Shown here in pieces: positions 13,671-24,738 of a DNA stretch of 64,000 nt. A program made the position numbers and the translations under genes. Source of the DNA: Amphiscolops sp. MND2022. Lineage: Eukaryota. The stretch's first letter is position 1, and the number at the start of each line of letters is the position of its first letter. A model generated the notes under the pieces. The model saw only the letters and a list, made by a program, of their open reading frames with translations. It was not told where the DNA came from and made no database searches. The stretch lies in the NCBI GenBank assembly GCA_964187785.1, contig OZ076409.1, positions 33,730,001 through 33,794,000 on the forward strand, written 5' to 3'.

Positions 13671-14070
13671 TCAAAAAGAAACGAGAAAAACTTGAGCACT
13701 GGTGTGAATTTAATTTTCACCAAAAATCAATAAAAACACCCAACATTTTCAAAAATTATCTCAACTTCTACTGGGTTTTTAGAGATGGGTTTTTCACCAT
13801 TGTGATCCTCTCTTCCATACGAGTAAAAAGAGATGTCGATGAGCAAAATCCGCCGAGTAGTTAACAAAACCCATCACCAAACGCATTCATTTGAAACAAG
13901 ATAAAATCAAAAAAATCTAATTTGACCATGCTAGTTATTTGAGCATGTGTGATTTTTGAATTACGCGCGCTCCTAGGTATGGATAAGCGGATAGCAAACC
14001 ATTGCATAAATCCTCCAAACATTTATTTGTATTTTTAATTACAACTCAGTCGGCACACTCTCTTATCAAC

Positions 14071-14811
14071 ATGAGTGACAATCTCATAACGAATATAAAC
14101 CTTGCCAAAAAAATAAAGAAACTCGGATCCTGTCAGGAGGCTGTTTTGGCTGGTGTGGCAGACCAACTGACAGAAAAAGAGAAGGCAAATATCACCATTG
14201 CTCTAGGCAAAATGGATCAGCTCTCTAACAATATCAAGATTGAAGATGATGAACCCACAAATCAAACCACATCGGGCGCACCAAATTTTGAACCCTTCTT
14301 CTCAACATTCAAAAACGACCTTCGCGCATATGAGGAATCATACAGAATGGAGAGCTTGATGTTTTCATCAGATGAGTAAATCCAATTCAAGACAAGTCTC
14401 TGTGAGAGCTTTGATCCGATGTACTACGAGCGCTATATCTCGCAAATACACAAATTTGAAGGTCAAGCCAACCGAGTGTTGCTGTTTCTTGCTGCTGACC
14501 GAGGTTTCATTTATTCCAAAATGAAAGAAGATTGTCTCCTGAAAAATATCACATGGAGAGAATATCTCGCAGGACAGAAACTCTCATACACGACGGTGAA
14601 CAACTATATTCAGTTTTATGATCTCGTTAAACTGTACACGAGAGTGCTCATATCCGGAGCAACCAAAACAGAATGGTTCAAGTTCATAAATCAAATCAAA
14701 GGGGTGATAAAAGATGACGAAAGCATGAAGACGAGGTTGGCAGCTAGTTTAAAGGAATTCGTAGAGCAAGATGGCTCTTTCGAAGACGCCTGTGAAAACA
14801 ATAAAATTTAA
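14071..14811 (+). pseudogene. Polinton accessory ORF of unknown function (possible small helical DNA-binding domain), one nonsense codon
   Basis: ORFs 14002-14379 and 14419-14811 are in the same frame, separated by one TAA. ATG is at 14071. The C-terminal W..YL....LSYTTVNNYIQFY segment is HTH-like by inspection only. Confidence 0.6.
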
Positions 14812-15569
14812 TATTCCCCTCCATCTGTTTGGTGAGTTGGAAATGAATTTAGTCTATGGCCACAATGTTTTAGTATCAGTTGAAACGAGACATATCCGTT
14901 ATAGCTTATCTCCACATGTTTAAGTATCCGTTGAACGGAGATTTATACCTTATAGCCTATATCCACATGTTTAAGGATAGGACATACCATCTTCCCATGG
15001 TAATAGTCGCAGGTTGGCGGTCATTAAATTTACTTCAGTGGAGGAATACTGATGAAACACGACAATCTAATTTTATGTTTTTTGTTCACCAAATAAAGGT
15101 TGCCATTTTCAACACACAATACTGTGTGGCATACGATCCTTATATTTGTATCTTTTGACCCTTTTCTGTATTATTCGGAAACATATATAACGACTGATTT
15201 TTTGTTTCTGTTTAATTCAAGAGAAAAATAAGTGTTTTTTGGACAAGTTGCCGTGAAAGAAAGAAACACCCCTTTGTAATTCTCTTTGATCTAGTTACTA
15301 AATGTTGTCGTGTGAATTCGAAAAAAGAGTCAGTATTATAGTCGCATTTCACTTTATGAAGTGCCGGCTCAAAACAAACAAGAGACGCCAATGTGCTTAT
15401 CACCAAATAAACATTGATAATTTTATTCAAATTTAAAACATGTAGTCTGTGATTATCAATGTAGGTTTACCATTCCGCATGCCAATGTGTTTTGTATTTT
15501 TAAGACATAGACATTTTCATGTTCCAATTAAATGAAGAATGAATGAATCGAAAGAAATTTTCTCTTTTG

Positions 15570-15982
15570 TATTTAAGTATTTAACATTCAAATAATTTGT
15601 TAAGAAATATGGATTAAAAAACGAAGCAACTTCTAATGTAAAAATAAAAGATATAATAGACATCTTAAATAGACATATTCATGATTCCTGTCAAGTGTAT
15701 ATGAGAGACGATAAATTTACAACTGATTCAGGAATTGTAAATTTACATCCCTCAGTGGGAAGACACTGGGTTATGTTTATTAACAAGTATTACTTTGACT
15801 CAAATGGCTGCCCACCTCCAATAAACATACTCAACTATCTCAATATTGGTCTATACTCAGAATATCAAATTCAGAAAAATGATAGCTATCGTGCAGCGTA
15901 TTGTTTATATGTTTTATATCTTACACAAATTATAGGCTTTAAAAATGCAGTTTTAAATTTATACAATCAGACATATTCATGA
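15570..15982 (+). pseudogene. Adenain-like (Polinton PRO) cysteine protease
   Basis: GIVNL...GRHWV...YYFDSNGCPPP...QIQKNDSY[R]AAYCLY. The catalytic His, Asp and Gln are present, but the catalytic Cys position reads Arg (cgt). Confidence 0.85.
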
Positions 15983-16169
15983 GACATTTTGTCATTATTA
16001 AATGAAGAAAATTAATACTTATTCAGCTCAATTTAAAATCATATCTCCCAAACAACAACGAAAAAATAATCGGGATGGTATTCCGATTGAGAAAAAATTA
16101 TCAAAAGATAGACAAAACTTTATAAATAACACAGCTGCTAGTGGATTTGAAAAGTTTTATGCATAATAA

Positions 16170-17193
16170 ATGGATCTATCAAACTTTGTAACTTATGATA
16201 AAAAGGAATCTCTTTTGCTGAATATTGCTAAATCTAATCACGAAATTGTTGAAAATACTCATTCTAAACCACAAGAGACTCTAGAATATAAAATGACTAA
16301 ACGAAAAGAATCTTTTTCATTCGATGTTCCTCTCGAACTAAATGAACAATGAATGATGGGAGTACCAAGTTTAGAAGTGTATAATACAGTTTATAATAAT
16401 ACTAACAGCAATAACAAACTTGAAATTCTTATAACAGACGAACAACTCAAAGAACATGGAGTTGACATTGTATTAGTAAAGAATATAAAATCTTTGTATG
16501 AATCCTATAACTTAGAAAATCAGGAAGCGTATTATGATTTTGTAGAAAAAGTTTCTAATAGTTATTCTGAAAACAAAAAACTTGCAAGAAAAGAGTTTAA
16601 TGATATAAAGGAATTATTTGATGATAATAACCAACAACACACCAAGCACCCCAGAACTATTCCTGAATTTGAAATTCAAGATGATTGTATTGAAATAGAA
16701 CTACCTCCAGGAGTTTATGAATTAGTTGATATAAACACTGCTATTAAGAACCAAACTGATTCTGGTTTTGAACTCAATATAGAAGCAGATACAATATCAA
16801 AGGAATTAGTTTTAACAACCTCAAACTCCATAACTTTTGTTTCAGAACTCAGTAAACTTCTAGGTTTCAAATCTAAAACCTACTCAGAAGGAACCCACAA
16901 ATCAGAAACGCCAGTTATGAATTCGAGCGTAGATAAAGTTCATCTAAAGTGAGACTGCGTAGATGGCTCAATTGTTAATGGAATTAGAGAGCTAATCCTG
17001 TTTAGTTTCAACCTTAGTGCTCCTCCAGGATACAAAATTACGAACAATCCCACAACTGTTTTGTACAAAAAGATAAACAAAACAAGATTAGACAAAATCC
17101 AATTTTTCTTAGAAGACTCAAACCACAACCCAGTAGATTTCAACAACTACGATTTCAACACTCACATTCACAATTCAAATCGTCAGGAACTAA
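16170..17193 (+). pseudogene. Minor capsid protein (penton, single jelly-roll)
   Basis: In-frame pieces separated by TGA stops: ELPPGVYELVDIN, LLGF, VDKVHLK*DCVDGSIVNG, LFSFNLSAPPGYKI, LYKKIN, FLEDSNHNPVDFN. These motifs are typical of Polinton penton. Confidence 0.85.
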
Positions 17194-17199
17194 TATAAA

Positions 17200-17603
17200 T
17201 AAATCAGCTTCAATAAATTTAAAACTAAATCTCATTGTGTTGGTGTTAGACACTATTCTGCTACAACTAATCTTCGTGGAGATTTTACACAAAATAAAAA
17301 AACTGACATGCCAGTTAAACTATTAGTAGGAACTTGTTCCACTTGTAAAAGAAAAAAGTCACCTATAGTATCAGATCAAACTATTGCAGCCGATGGATTG
17401 GGTGACTTCTTTAAACATATTAGCAAAGCTGCTAAGAATGTTGGAAAAAAATACTCAATAATCCTGGTAGAGCACTAGAACTCGCAGCTAATATTGGTAC
17501 CGAAGCAGTCAGTAAAAATCCACGAATGATCGCAGCAATTGCTCCTGATATTATAAAATTTGTTCATTAAGGAAAGGGTTTATTTTTTAGTAAAATTCAT
17601 TAA
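17200..17603 (+). pseudogene. Small Zn-ribbon plus amphipathic-helix protein (candidate membrane-active virion protein)
   Basis: SHCVG.RHYSATTN...GTCSTCKRKKS followed by GLGDFFKHISKAAKNVGKK. It has a frameshift and a stop. Confidence 0.55.
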
Positions 17604-17618
17604 GTTTATGGTTAATAA

Positions 17619-18545
17619 ATGTATTCAATTCATAACCGTGATGATTTAGAAAAATTGAAAAAATTGCAAGAAACAAAATTTTCTTCGGAAGCTGAACGAC
17701 TAAAGCAAAAGCTCGGGAAGCAAGACTTTCATTACGATATGGAAGAAGTTTTTGAACCCGTTACTGAAAACCAGAAACAAAACAAAACTAAACAATAAGA
17801 ACTTTCTGGAAAGCAAATACAAGCGCTACGTGATTCTACTCAAACTACAACACAAGCAATACAACATAGTAGTGAATTTTTAAATGAAAATTTACAAAAA
17901 TCTATTAAACAAAATGATGAAATTACGAATCTCAGTAATCAAGATCTTACGAGTTTTGTTAATTCTAACCAAGTTGATTCTAGTATAGCTAAGACTGTTT
18001 CTAATTTGCTTAATGACAAAATTAAAAGTCAATTCAGTTTACAACCTGTTGAAGGAAGTTCAAACTTATTCCTAATTAACCCCACTGATCCTCAACAAGT
18101 ACTAATCAAGGGTTCGACAATGACTTTACAGAATGGTAACACATACAGTTTAAATGATCCGGATCTTTCATATTTTATAACTAATACACATATTGATAAA
18201 CAACTCCAAAACATTGGAACAATTACCAATTTTTTAGATGATATGAAGTACAATCTAAATTATGGAGATAAAAAATCAAATAGATAAAATATGATTAAAT
18301 ATTTATTTCAACCCCAATTGGGAAGTGGATTAAATCAGTATGTCTTCCTCCTATCTGATCCAGATGAGCTTGTAGATCAACTAAAACTAATCGTGTTAGA
18401 AAAAGTAGGAGGAAATGATAATCCTATGCTGAGCGAACAAATCGTAGCAATTGTAGATAAACTCCTGGAATATGAAAGCATTACAACAAATCAAAACCAA
18501 AACATTGTTTCAGCTTTTACTAAAAAGGATCAATTTGTGGATTAA
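17619..18545 (+). pseudogene. Conserved Polinton protein of unknown function
   Basis: N-terminal MEEVFEPVTENQK coiled region and C-terminal GSGL..YVFL.SDPDELVDQLKL...GGND motif, as seen in animal Polintons. Interrupted by stops. Confidence 0.6.
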
Positions 18546-18582
18546 AGATTTGAAACTCTGGATAGGATTCATTGCACAGTTT

Positions 18583-19350
18583 TTACTTACATTCGTTTTT
18601 ACCTTCTAGCCGGTTTATTAATAAATAGTTGTATTTTTCATTCCATGCCTCCCTGCACAAACTTTTAAATTCATCATAAGACATATCAAAATCTGCAATA
18701 TCTCTGTATATATGTTCTACATCTTTCAACGTTTGTTGAAATAAAATTATGATATTACTATTATTGCGTGTGGTGCGTTTAGGCAAATCGAAATATGACT
18801 GTGATAAATAATACACATCTAAATCATTATGTCTTCCCCTAGTAAAAAATGGGTCTCCTAATTTCTGATTGGAGTCTAACATACCATCAAATACAACAAA
18901 ACAAATTTGAAAATCTTGTATTGTTCTATCTTCTAGATCTTCTTCCACTGAAACATCTTCTAGTTGTATGTTCTCGTATTGTTCCGGAGATCTAGTTGTT
19001 ATTTTTATTTGTTGTTCAGGGTTATCCAAGCGAAATAAATGTAATTTATTTATTAACAAATAAGTCTTACCACAAAATGAAGGACCAACTATTAATGTTC
19101 GATTTAATGCATCAGCCTCAGTTGTGTTATTTGTGTCAGTTTTATGAATGTTTTTCATATGCTTTGTTAAACATGTTTTATTGAATTCACGGTCACAAAA
19201 TTCACACCTCATCTTCCTATTAAAACAACTTATACACTTAACATATACATCACCTTTATTATATTTATAAAAATCTTCTTCAGATTTAAAAATTTTACAC
19301 TCTTCACGCTTTTTATTACCACAATGGGAACCACAAATTAAACTCTTCAT
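18583..19350 (-). CDS. A32/FtsK-HerA family genome-packaging ATPase with N-terminal Cys/His zinc fingers
   Basis: Walker A GPSFCGKT; Walker B VVFD(G); FTRGRH..L...YLSQSYF..PK..RNN motifs; N-terminal C2H2 finger CEFC...HMKNIH. Confidence 0.9.
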   Translation of the reverse strand: MKSLICGSHCGNKKREECKIFKSEEDFYKYNKGDVYVKCISCFNRKMRCEFCDREFNKTCLTKHMKNIHKTDTNNTTEADALNRTLIVGPSFCGKTYLLINKLHLFRLDNPEQQIKITTRSPEQYENIQLEDVSVEEDLEDRTIQDFQICFVVFDGMLDSNQKLGDPFFTRGRHNDLDVYYLSQSYFDLPKRTTRNNSNIIILFQQTLKDVEHIYRDIADFDMSYDEFKSLCREAWNEKYNYLLINRLEGKNECK

Positions 19351-19378
19351 TTATATAGTAAAATTCCGTAGTAAAATG

Positions 19379-19530
19379 AATCACTAAGACGATTTTTTGT
19401 CACTAAGACTCAAATCTTAGTGAATAAGAATCACTAAGAATCACTAAGAGTCACTAAGACCAACCTCTTAGTGAATAGGAATCACTAAGAATCACTAAGA
19501 GTCACTAAGACCCAACTGTTAGTGATAAGA
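19379..19530. repeat. (AATCACTAAG)n array with inverted CTTAGTGA units between the divergent ATPase and integrase genes
   Basis: About 8 cactaag units and 3 inverted ttagtga units, arranged in ~50-bp higher-order repeats. Confidence 0.8.
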
Positions 19531-19569
19531 ATACCACTTTCAACCCTTCTAAATTAATAAACGAACCTA

Positions 19570-20416
19570 AAACAAAAAATCGCTAAAGAAATATTATCTC
19601 CTGTAATTAAAAAGTTCCGCCGCATAAAAATACAAACTCACTATAAAGATGAGTGTTGGAGTATTGATCTGATAGACCGATCTAGCTTACCAAAAAAAAA
19701 CAAAAACTACAAGTTTATTTTTACAATAATTGACAATCATACTGAACATGCATGGGCAATTCCTCATGAAGATAAATCAGAAAAAAGTACAACAACAGCA
19801 TTCAAGAAACTAATAGAATCTAGTAAAAGAAAACCACAAAAAGTCTGGTCCGATAGAGGTAAAGAGTTTTATAATAAAACACTTTTGGAGTTTCTTAAAC
19901 AAAATGAAATTCAAATTTCCTCAACCAATTTCGATTTGAAAGCTGTTTTTGTTGAACGCTTCAGTAGAACATTATGAGATCTTATCAAAGAACCAATGTA
20001 TATTGAAGGTAAAGCTTGTTGGTTGAATCATCTTGATGCTGTTTTGGAAAAATTTAAAAACCGTGTGCACACCACAACACGTATGACACCTTTTGAAGCT
20101 AGTAATGACAAACCAATATCTAGCATAATACCTAGCAATAATAAAAAAGTTCCTAAATTTCAAGTGGGAGACTATGTAAGAGTTCCTGGTTAAAGGAACA
20201 TTTATTCCAAAAGGTTATACAACAAATTGGAACAGAGAACTTTTTAAAATACATAAAATTAACCCAACTAACTCAGTTACATATGGTTTAGAAGACGAAA
20301 ACAACGAACAACTAGAAGGAAACTATTATGAACAAGAACTTCTACGAAGTGTATTCAACTTTGAATCTAACCAGAAGGTGTTAGAAAGTATGAAAATTTT
20401 CCATCATTTTGAGTAA
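19570..20416 (+). pseudogene. Retroviral-like (rve) DDE integrase of the Polinton
   Basis: WSIDLID...IFTIIDNHT..AWAIP...KPQKVWSDRGKEFYN...KAVFVERFSRTL*; C-terminal KFQVGDYVRV...GYTTNW...G.YYEQEL. Contains stops and a frameshift. No chromodomain is seen. Confidence 0.92.
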
Positions 20417-20433
20417 TTATGCCTAAATGAATA

Positions 20434-21088
20434 TTGTCAATACAAAAAGTTGGCTATAGTGCCGAGAGCCTACAAAAAGATAAGATTGAAAATTTAGAAA
20501 AAGAATTGGAATCACATACCAATTTAATTAACATAAAATTCATTGATATGTCTGACAAATTAGAAAATTCGAAAATCCTACAAAATGTACAAGAACTTAA
20601 TTTTGATGATGGTGAAACCAAAGTAGTAGTCAATGCAAAGTTATTCTTAGACATAAACAAAAATATCGAAGACATGAAAATCAATCTGAAATACTTAGAA
20701 CAAGATATTAAAAAAGTTATTCGAAAAGAAGAAGGAAATTATTTTGGATGCTGCCAAGTTAGTAAAAGAACAGCAAGTCATTTTACGTAGTCAGTTCGAG
20801 AGAAACTTTATTTCGGAATTGGAAATATGTAAAAGTGAAGCAGTCAAAGATACTATTCAATTACTATATAATAAAGGGTTGTTTGACTCATTTGAAAAGA
20901 AAGACCAAATATTCCAGTCGTATTTGACCTTTACCAACCAATACTTGCTTGAAAAATATGGAACAGAAATAAAGACATCAGATGGTGTGTATTATTTATC
21001 AGAGTTGGACTATTCAACGAGAGAAGATCTCGTGAAGTGCTTAAAAAAGATGAATACAAAGATACAGTTGACCTTAAATATAGAATGA
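20434..21088 (+). pseudogene. Polinton accessory coiled-coil ORF (frameshifted)
   Basis: Two overlapping ORFs, 20434-20790 and 20744-21088, both K/E/L-rich with no recognisable motif. Confidence 0.45.
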
Positions 21089-21178
21089 AACTAATCACTA
21101 ATGAAATCATATTAATACTTTTTGAAGAGTGAAGCAGAGCCTTTGACTGAATAAACGAGTGAAAAATTATATCCTAGT

Positions 21179-21691
21179 TTGCAACCACAAGCAGATAATT
21201 TAGAGAAACACCTAAACCTACGATGGAAAGAAATAAATAGTTTCAATATTTCAATTCAAAATAAAAAAAATATTAAAAATTTTTCTAATCATGAAGCCGA
21301 AAAGTATAAAAGGAAAAGTAAACAATACAAGCTCATAAATTGTTTAATACAATCTGTTGATGGTGTTTCAATACTAGCTGTATCATCAACATGTGTCACT
21401 CTCAGCATTACTGGAGTTGGATTGGTTGTTTTCCCCGTTTCTAGTGGTATTGGTGCAGGTTTATGTATAATCAGTAAGCTTCTTGGTGAGTACCTGAAAA
21501 GAAAAGAACAACACAATCTTAAGAAATATACCCTTGCTGGTAGAACACTACATGATTTCTGTAAACTACATTCAAAATGTTTAGAAGACAATAAAATCGA
21601 TCTGAATGAATTTAACAAACTAAAACAATCTTATGATACACACAAAACGAACAAAACTAAACTAAATTCTGAGTCTACTTTTTTAGGCTAA
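21179..21691 (+). CDS. Polinton/adintovirus protein with a Gly/Ser-rich hydrophobic hairpin (putative membrane-active protein)
   Basis: Basic helix, then SILAVSSTCVTLSITGVGLVVFPVSSGIGAGLCII, then K..EDNKID.NEF. Lies directly upstream of the MCP. Confidence 0.65.
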   Translation: MQPQADNLEKHLNLRWKEINSFNISIQNKKNIKNFSNHEAEKYKRKSKQYKLINCLIQSVDGVSILAVSSTCVTLSITGVGLVVFPVSSGIGAGLCIISKLLGEYLKRKEQHNLKKYTLAGRTLHDFCKLHSKCLEDNKIDLNEFNKLKQSYDTHKTNKTKLNSESTFLG

Positions 21692-21749
21692 CATTATTTA
21701 GTAAAAACAAAATCAGTATAAGTTTTAATCATGATTGTTTCTATATAAT

Positions 21750-22997
21750 TGGATTATTTTCTCTGAAAAAGAACTATGCTCTCGATAATCCAATTCATAA
21801 AATGGATTTTATTAAAAACTCGCCTAGTAGTTTAGCTACAATCAACAACAATAATTCAAATATTTCCATCAATTTCCCGAGAGAAGATGCTTATATTTGT
21901 TTACAAAACTCATACATTAGTCTAGAATTTGAAGTTCTTAAAAACGATAACACACGCTACGTAGACAACGACCAAACAAGTTTGGTCAACTTTGGGCCTG
22001 TTGCTTTATTTAGTGAAGCTAAACTTGTGACATCATCAGGAAAGCACCTTAAGAAAGTTGATAACCTACAACCAGTATGTTTAATGTACAAGCTTTTGAC
22101 TAGCAACCAACAAACAAGTCAATTGATGTACGGATTTGAAGAATCAGAAAACACCAGGCGATTAGAATTAACAAACCACAAAACAGAAAAAAAACCTTTT
22201 TTGTTAGAATAAAACTAAAAGACTTGTTTGGATTTGCTGATCAAGAAAAAACAACTTACGGATTGGGTTATTCTCTGACATTAAAACGTAATAATAATAA
22301 CGACCCTATCATCAGGGACAACGGTGTAGATGCTGCAAAAACAGATATAAAAGATATTGCTTGGTACATTCCACACTATGTACCCAGTATGGAAAACCAG
22401 CAACTTGTCCTAAATCAAATATTAGATAAAGACCCAACCGAGTTGTATTATATAGAGCGAACTGTCTTTAGAAAAGATGTTAACACCAATAATAATTGGA
22501 CATTTGAATTAGGCAACAGTGGAGAAACGACACCAACATACGTGGTAGTTGGATTTCAAGCTAGAAATGAAATTGTTTCACAAACACATAACAACTCAAC
22601 ATTCGATCGACTTTCGGTTAGTAATGCAGTTTGTAAAATAGGATCACAAAATCATCCCGATGATCAAAAAGAATGTAACTACAACCGCGACAAATACGAT
22701 CAAGCTTATTATGAGATCAAAAGCTTCTATAACTTACATTCTGAATCTAATCTACTCAAACCGTTTATCAGTTTGCACAAATTCCGAACGAGTTACAATT
22801 TTTATGTATTTGACCTATCTAAGCAGAATTCACCTATAGCATCTGACCCTATTAGATTAGAATTTAAATTTAGTGCTGGTTTTGGTGTAGCAGATTTTGT
22901 AGCTCATGCCCTTGTACTAACACCCAAGGAAATAAGTATTAGTAGTGACGGACAAAGACACTTTGATCTTTTAAAATTCATCAATTCATTAAATTAA
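21750..22997 (+). pseudogene. Major capsid protein (double jelly-roll), frameshifted
   Basis: LQNSYISLEFEV, NFGPVALFSEAKL, LFGFA, LTLKRNNNND, IAWYIPHYVPS, PTYVVVGFQ, YVFDLSKQ, IRLEFKF, ALVL. Frameshift near 22200. Confidence 0.9.
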
Positions 22998-23865
22998 AAA
23001 ATGAATATATTTATCAATATAAAAACATTAGATGAAGACGAATATGTAATTACAAAATTGAAAATTTATTTGAAATAAATAATATATAAAAATTGAAGTA
23101 CATAAATAATAAGTTTTACACTGGAGTTAATAATCCAAAGTACATTATCAATGATGGTAAAATTCAGAGAGAAACATCTCCTCCCAAGTCATTGAAATCT
23201 AATTATGAAGTTATGATTGGTGTTGAAGTTATGAATGGTGTTGTTGATTGGTGTTGAATGATTGGTGTTGAATTTTTAAAAAATCAAATATAATTGAATT
23301 AGATGACGGATCTCTTCATATTGTAACGAAACAAATGGATGAAGAAGAATTTTTAAATCCCACCATGTAGAGATGTAAATCAAATGCTCTACTAGGATAT
23401 GAGTATGAATTCACTTGTTATGTATGTGAATTTAATGTTATAAAAACTAAAAATCAATTGACAAAAGTTCAAAGAGAAAAGAATATCAATTTTAAAGGGA
23501 GATTAAGATATGCAACTCCGAAAAAAATTGGTATTTGTATGGAAGTTAATTTATTAGTTCAAACCAATGATATAGACGTTCTCGCAGCTGTCCTAACATA
23601 TCCTAAAAGAAGAAAATAAATATCTTAGAAGAAATCCTGAGAAAGTTTGATGATATGCCTGATGATTTTGAAACAAATGCCTTCGCAGCATCTGAAGGAA
23701 TAATATGCATAAAGCAGGAGATTATTGTTTAAGAATGATGACGTAGTTGATCGCGGCTAGGTACTATGAGAATATTAATTATTACGATTTGATTGCAACT
23801 GCTTTGAGGTTCATGAAAGGTTCGAAATTAAATGTTACAAAGGAACTTTTCTCATCTATAAATAA

Positions 23866-24030
23866 TGAGTGAGAGTGAAACAATCCATTCAGAGAGTGAG
23901 ATCTCTGAGGATGAAACACTACATAGTTCAGATGAAGATTTTATTGATGATTTCGAATATGAAACTTCAGATTCTGAGAGCGAAGATGAAGATTATATTC
24001 CAGAAAGTAAAAAAAAAAACAAAAATTAGA
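23866..24030 (+). other. Short acidic ORF with basic tail
   Basis: MSESETIHSESEISEDETLHSSDEDFIDDFEYETSDSESEDEDYIPESKKK. Confidence 0.4.
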
Positions 24031-24065
24031 GAAAGTTGAAATTATAATTGATATTAAAATATAAA

Positions 24066-24680
24066 TCACATCTTTAAAAAATAATTAGCTTTATTCTTCT
24101 GTAAGAAATAAAATCTCATATTAATTTTGTTACCCTTTTCTAAGTTGCCTTTCGAAAGCATCGGCCTCAGATTCTTCCAATTATGACACTTTCTCATCTG
24201 ATTTTCATTGCATAAGTTAAGAGAACAAACAGGAAAAGAATGGTCGATATGCCAAACTTTACCATAATTTTCTAGAGTCATATCACCAAAGAGTTGAAAT
24301 TCGATCCAGCGTTTGAAGAACGAATAAAACATCCTAATATGTCCATTGTTTTATTGTTCTTACTTACACTCTGAGCTTTGAATGCATTGTATGTTCTTGT
24401 TCTTAAATTAGATGTTAATTTAAATATTTGATCTGTTTCTCTTCTATTTTTTTCATATTCACATCGTCTTTCACGATTTTCCTAATGATATTTTTTATTA
24501 TATTCACATCTCTGATCTCGTGTTTCATGTTAGTACATTCTATAACAGCCCTTACACCAACTACTCAATCCATCTTTACAACTCTTAAGTTTACAAAAGT
24601 TCACTTTTAGTTGTATGATTCTGCATTTGGAACAGATTTTAACTAAATCATAAGTCATCAAATTTTTAATGGTAATACTC
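24066..24680 (-). pseudogene. HNH-type (His-Me finger) endonuclease
   Basis: MTLENYGKVWHIDHSFPV..LNL....QMRKCHNWKNLRPM....NLEKGNK. The upstream part is frameshifted. Confidence 0.7.
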
Positions 24681-24738
24681 ATTTCTTTAGAATTCTTCCA
24701 TTGAAATAAAATGAATTCAATAAATCTTCATAAAGTGA

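Noticed and set aside
19379..19530. CRISPR-like appearance of short repeats (also 1-125, 28740-29010 and 29340-29450)
   Set aside because: No unique spacers of constant length, no cas genes, and a eukaryotic context. These are minisatellites.
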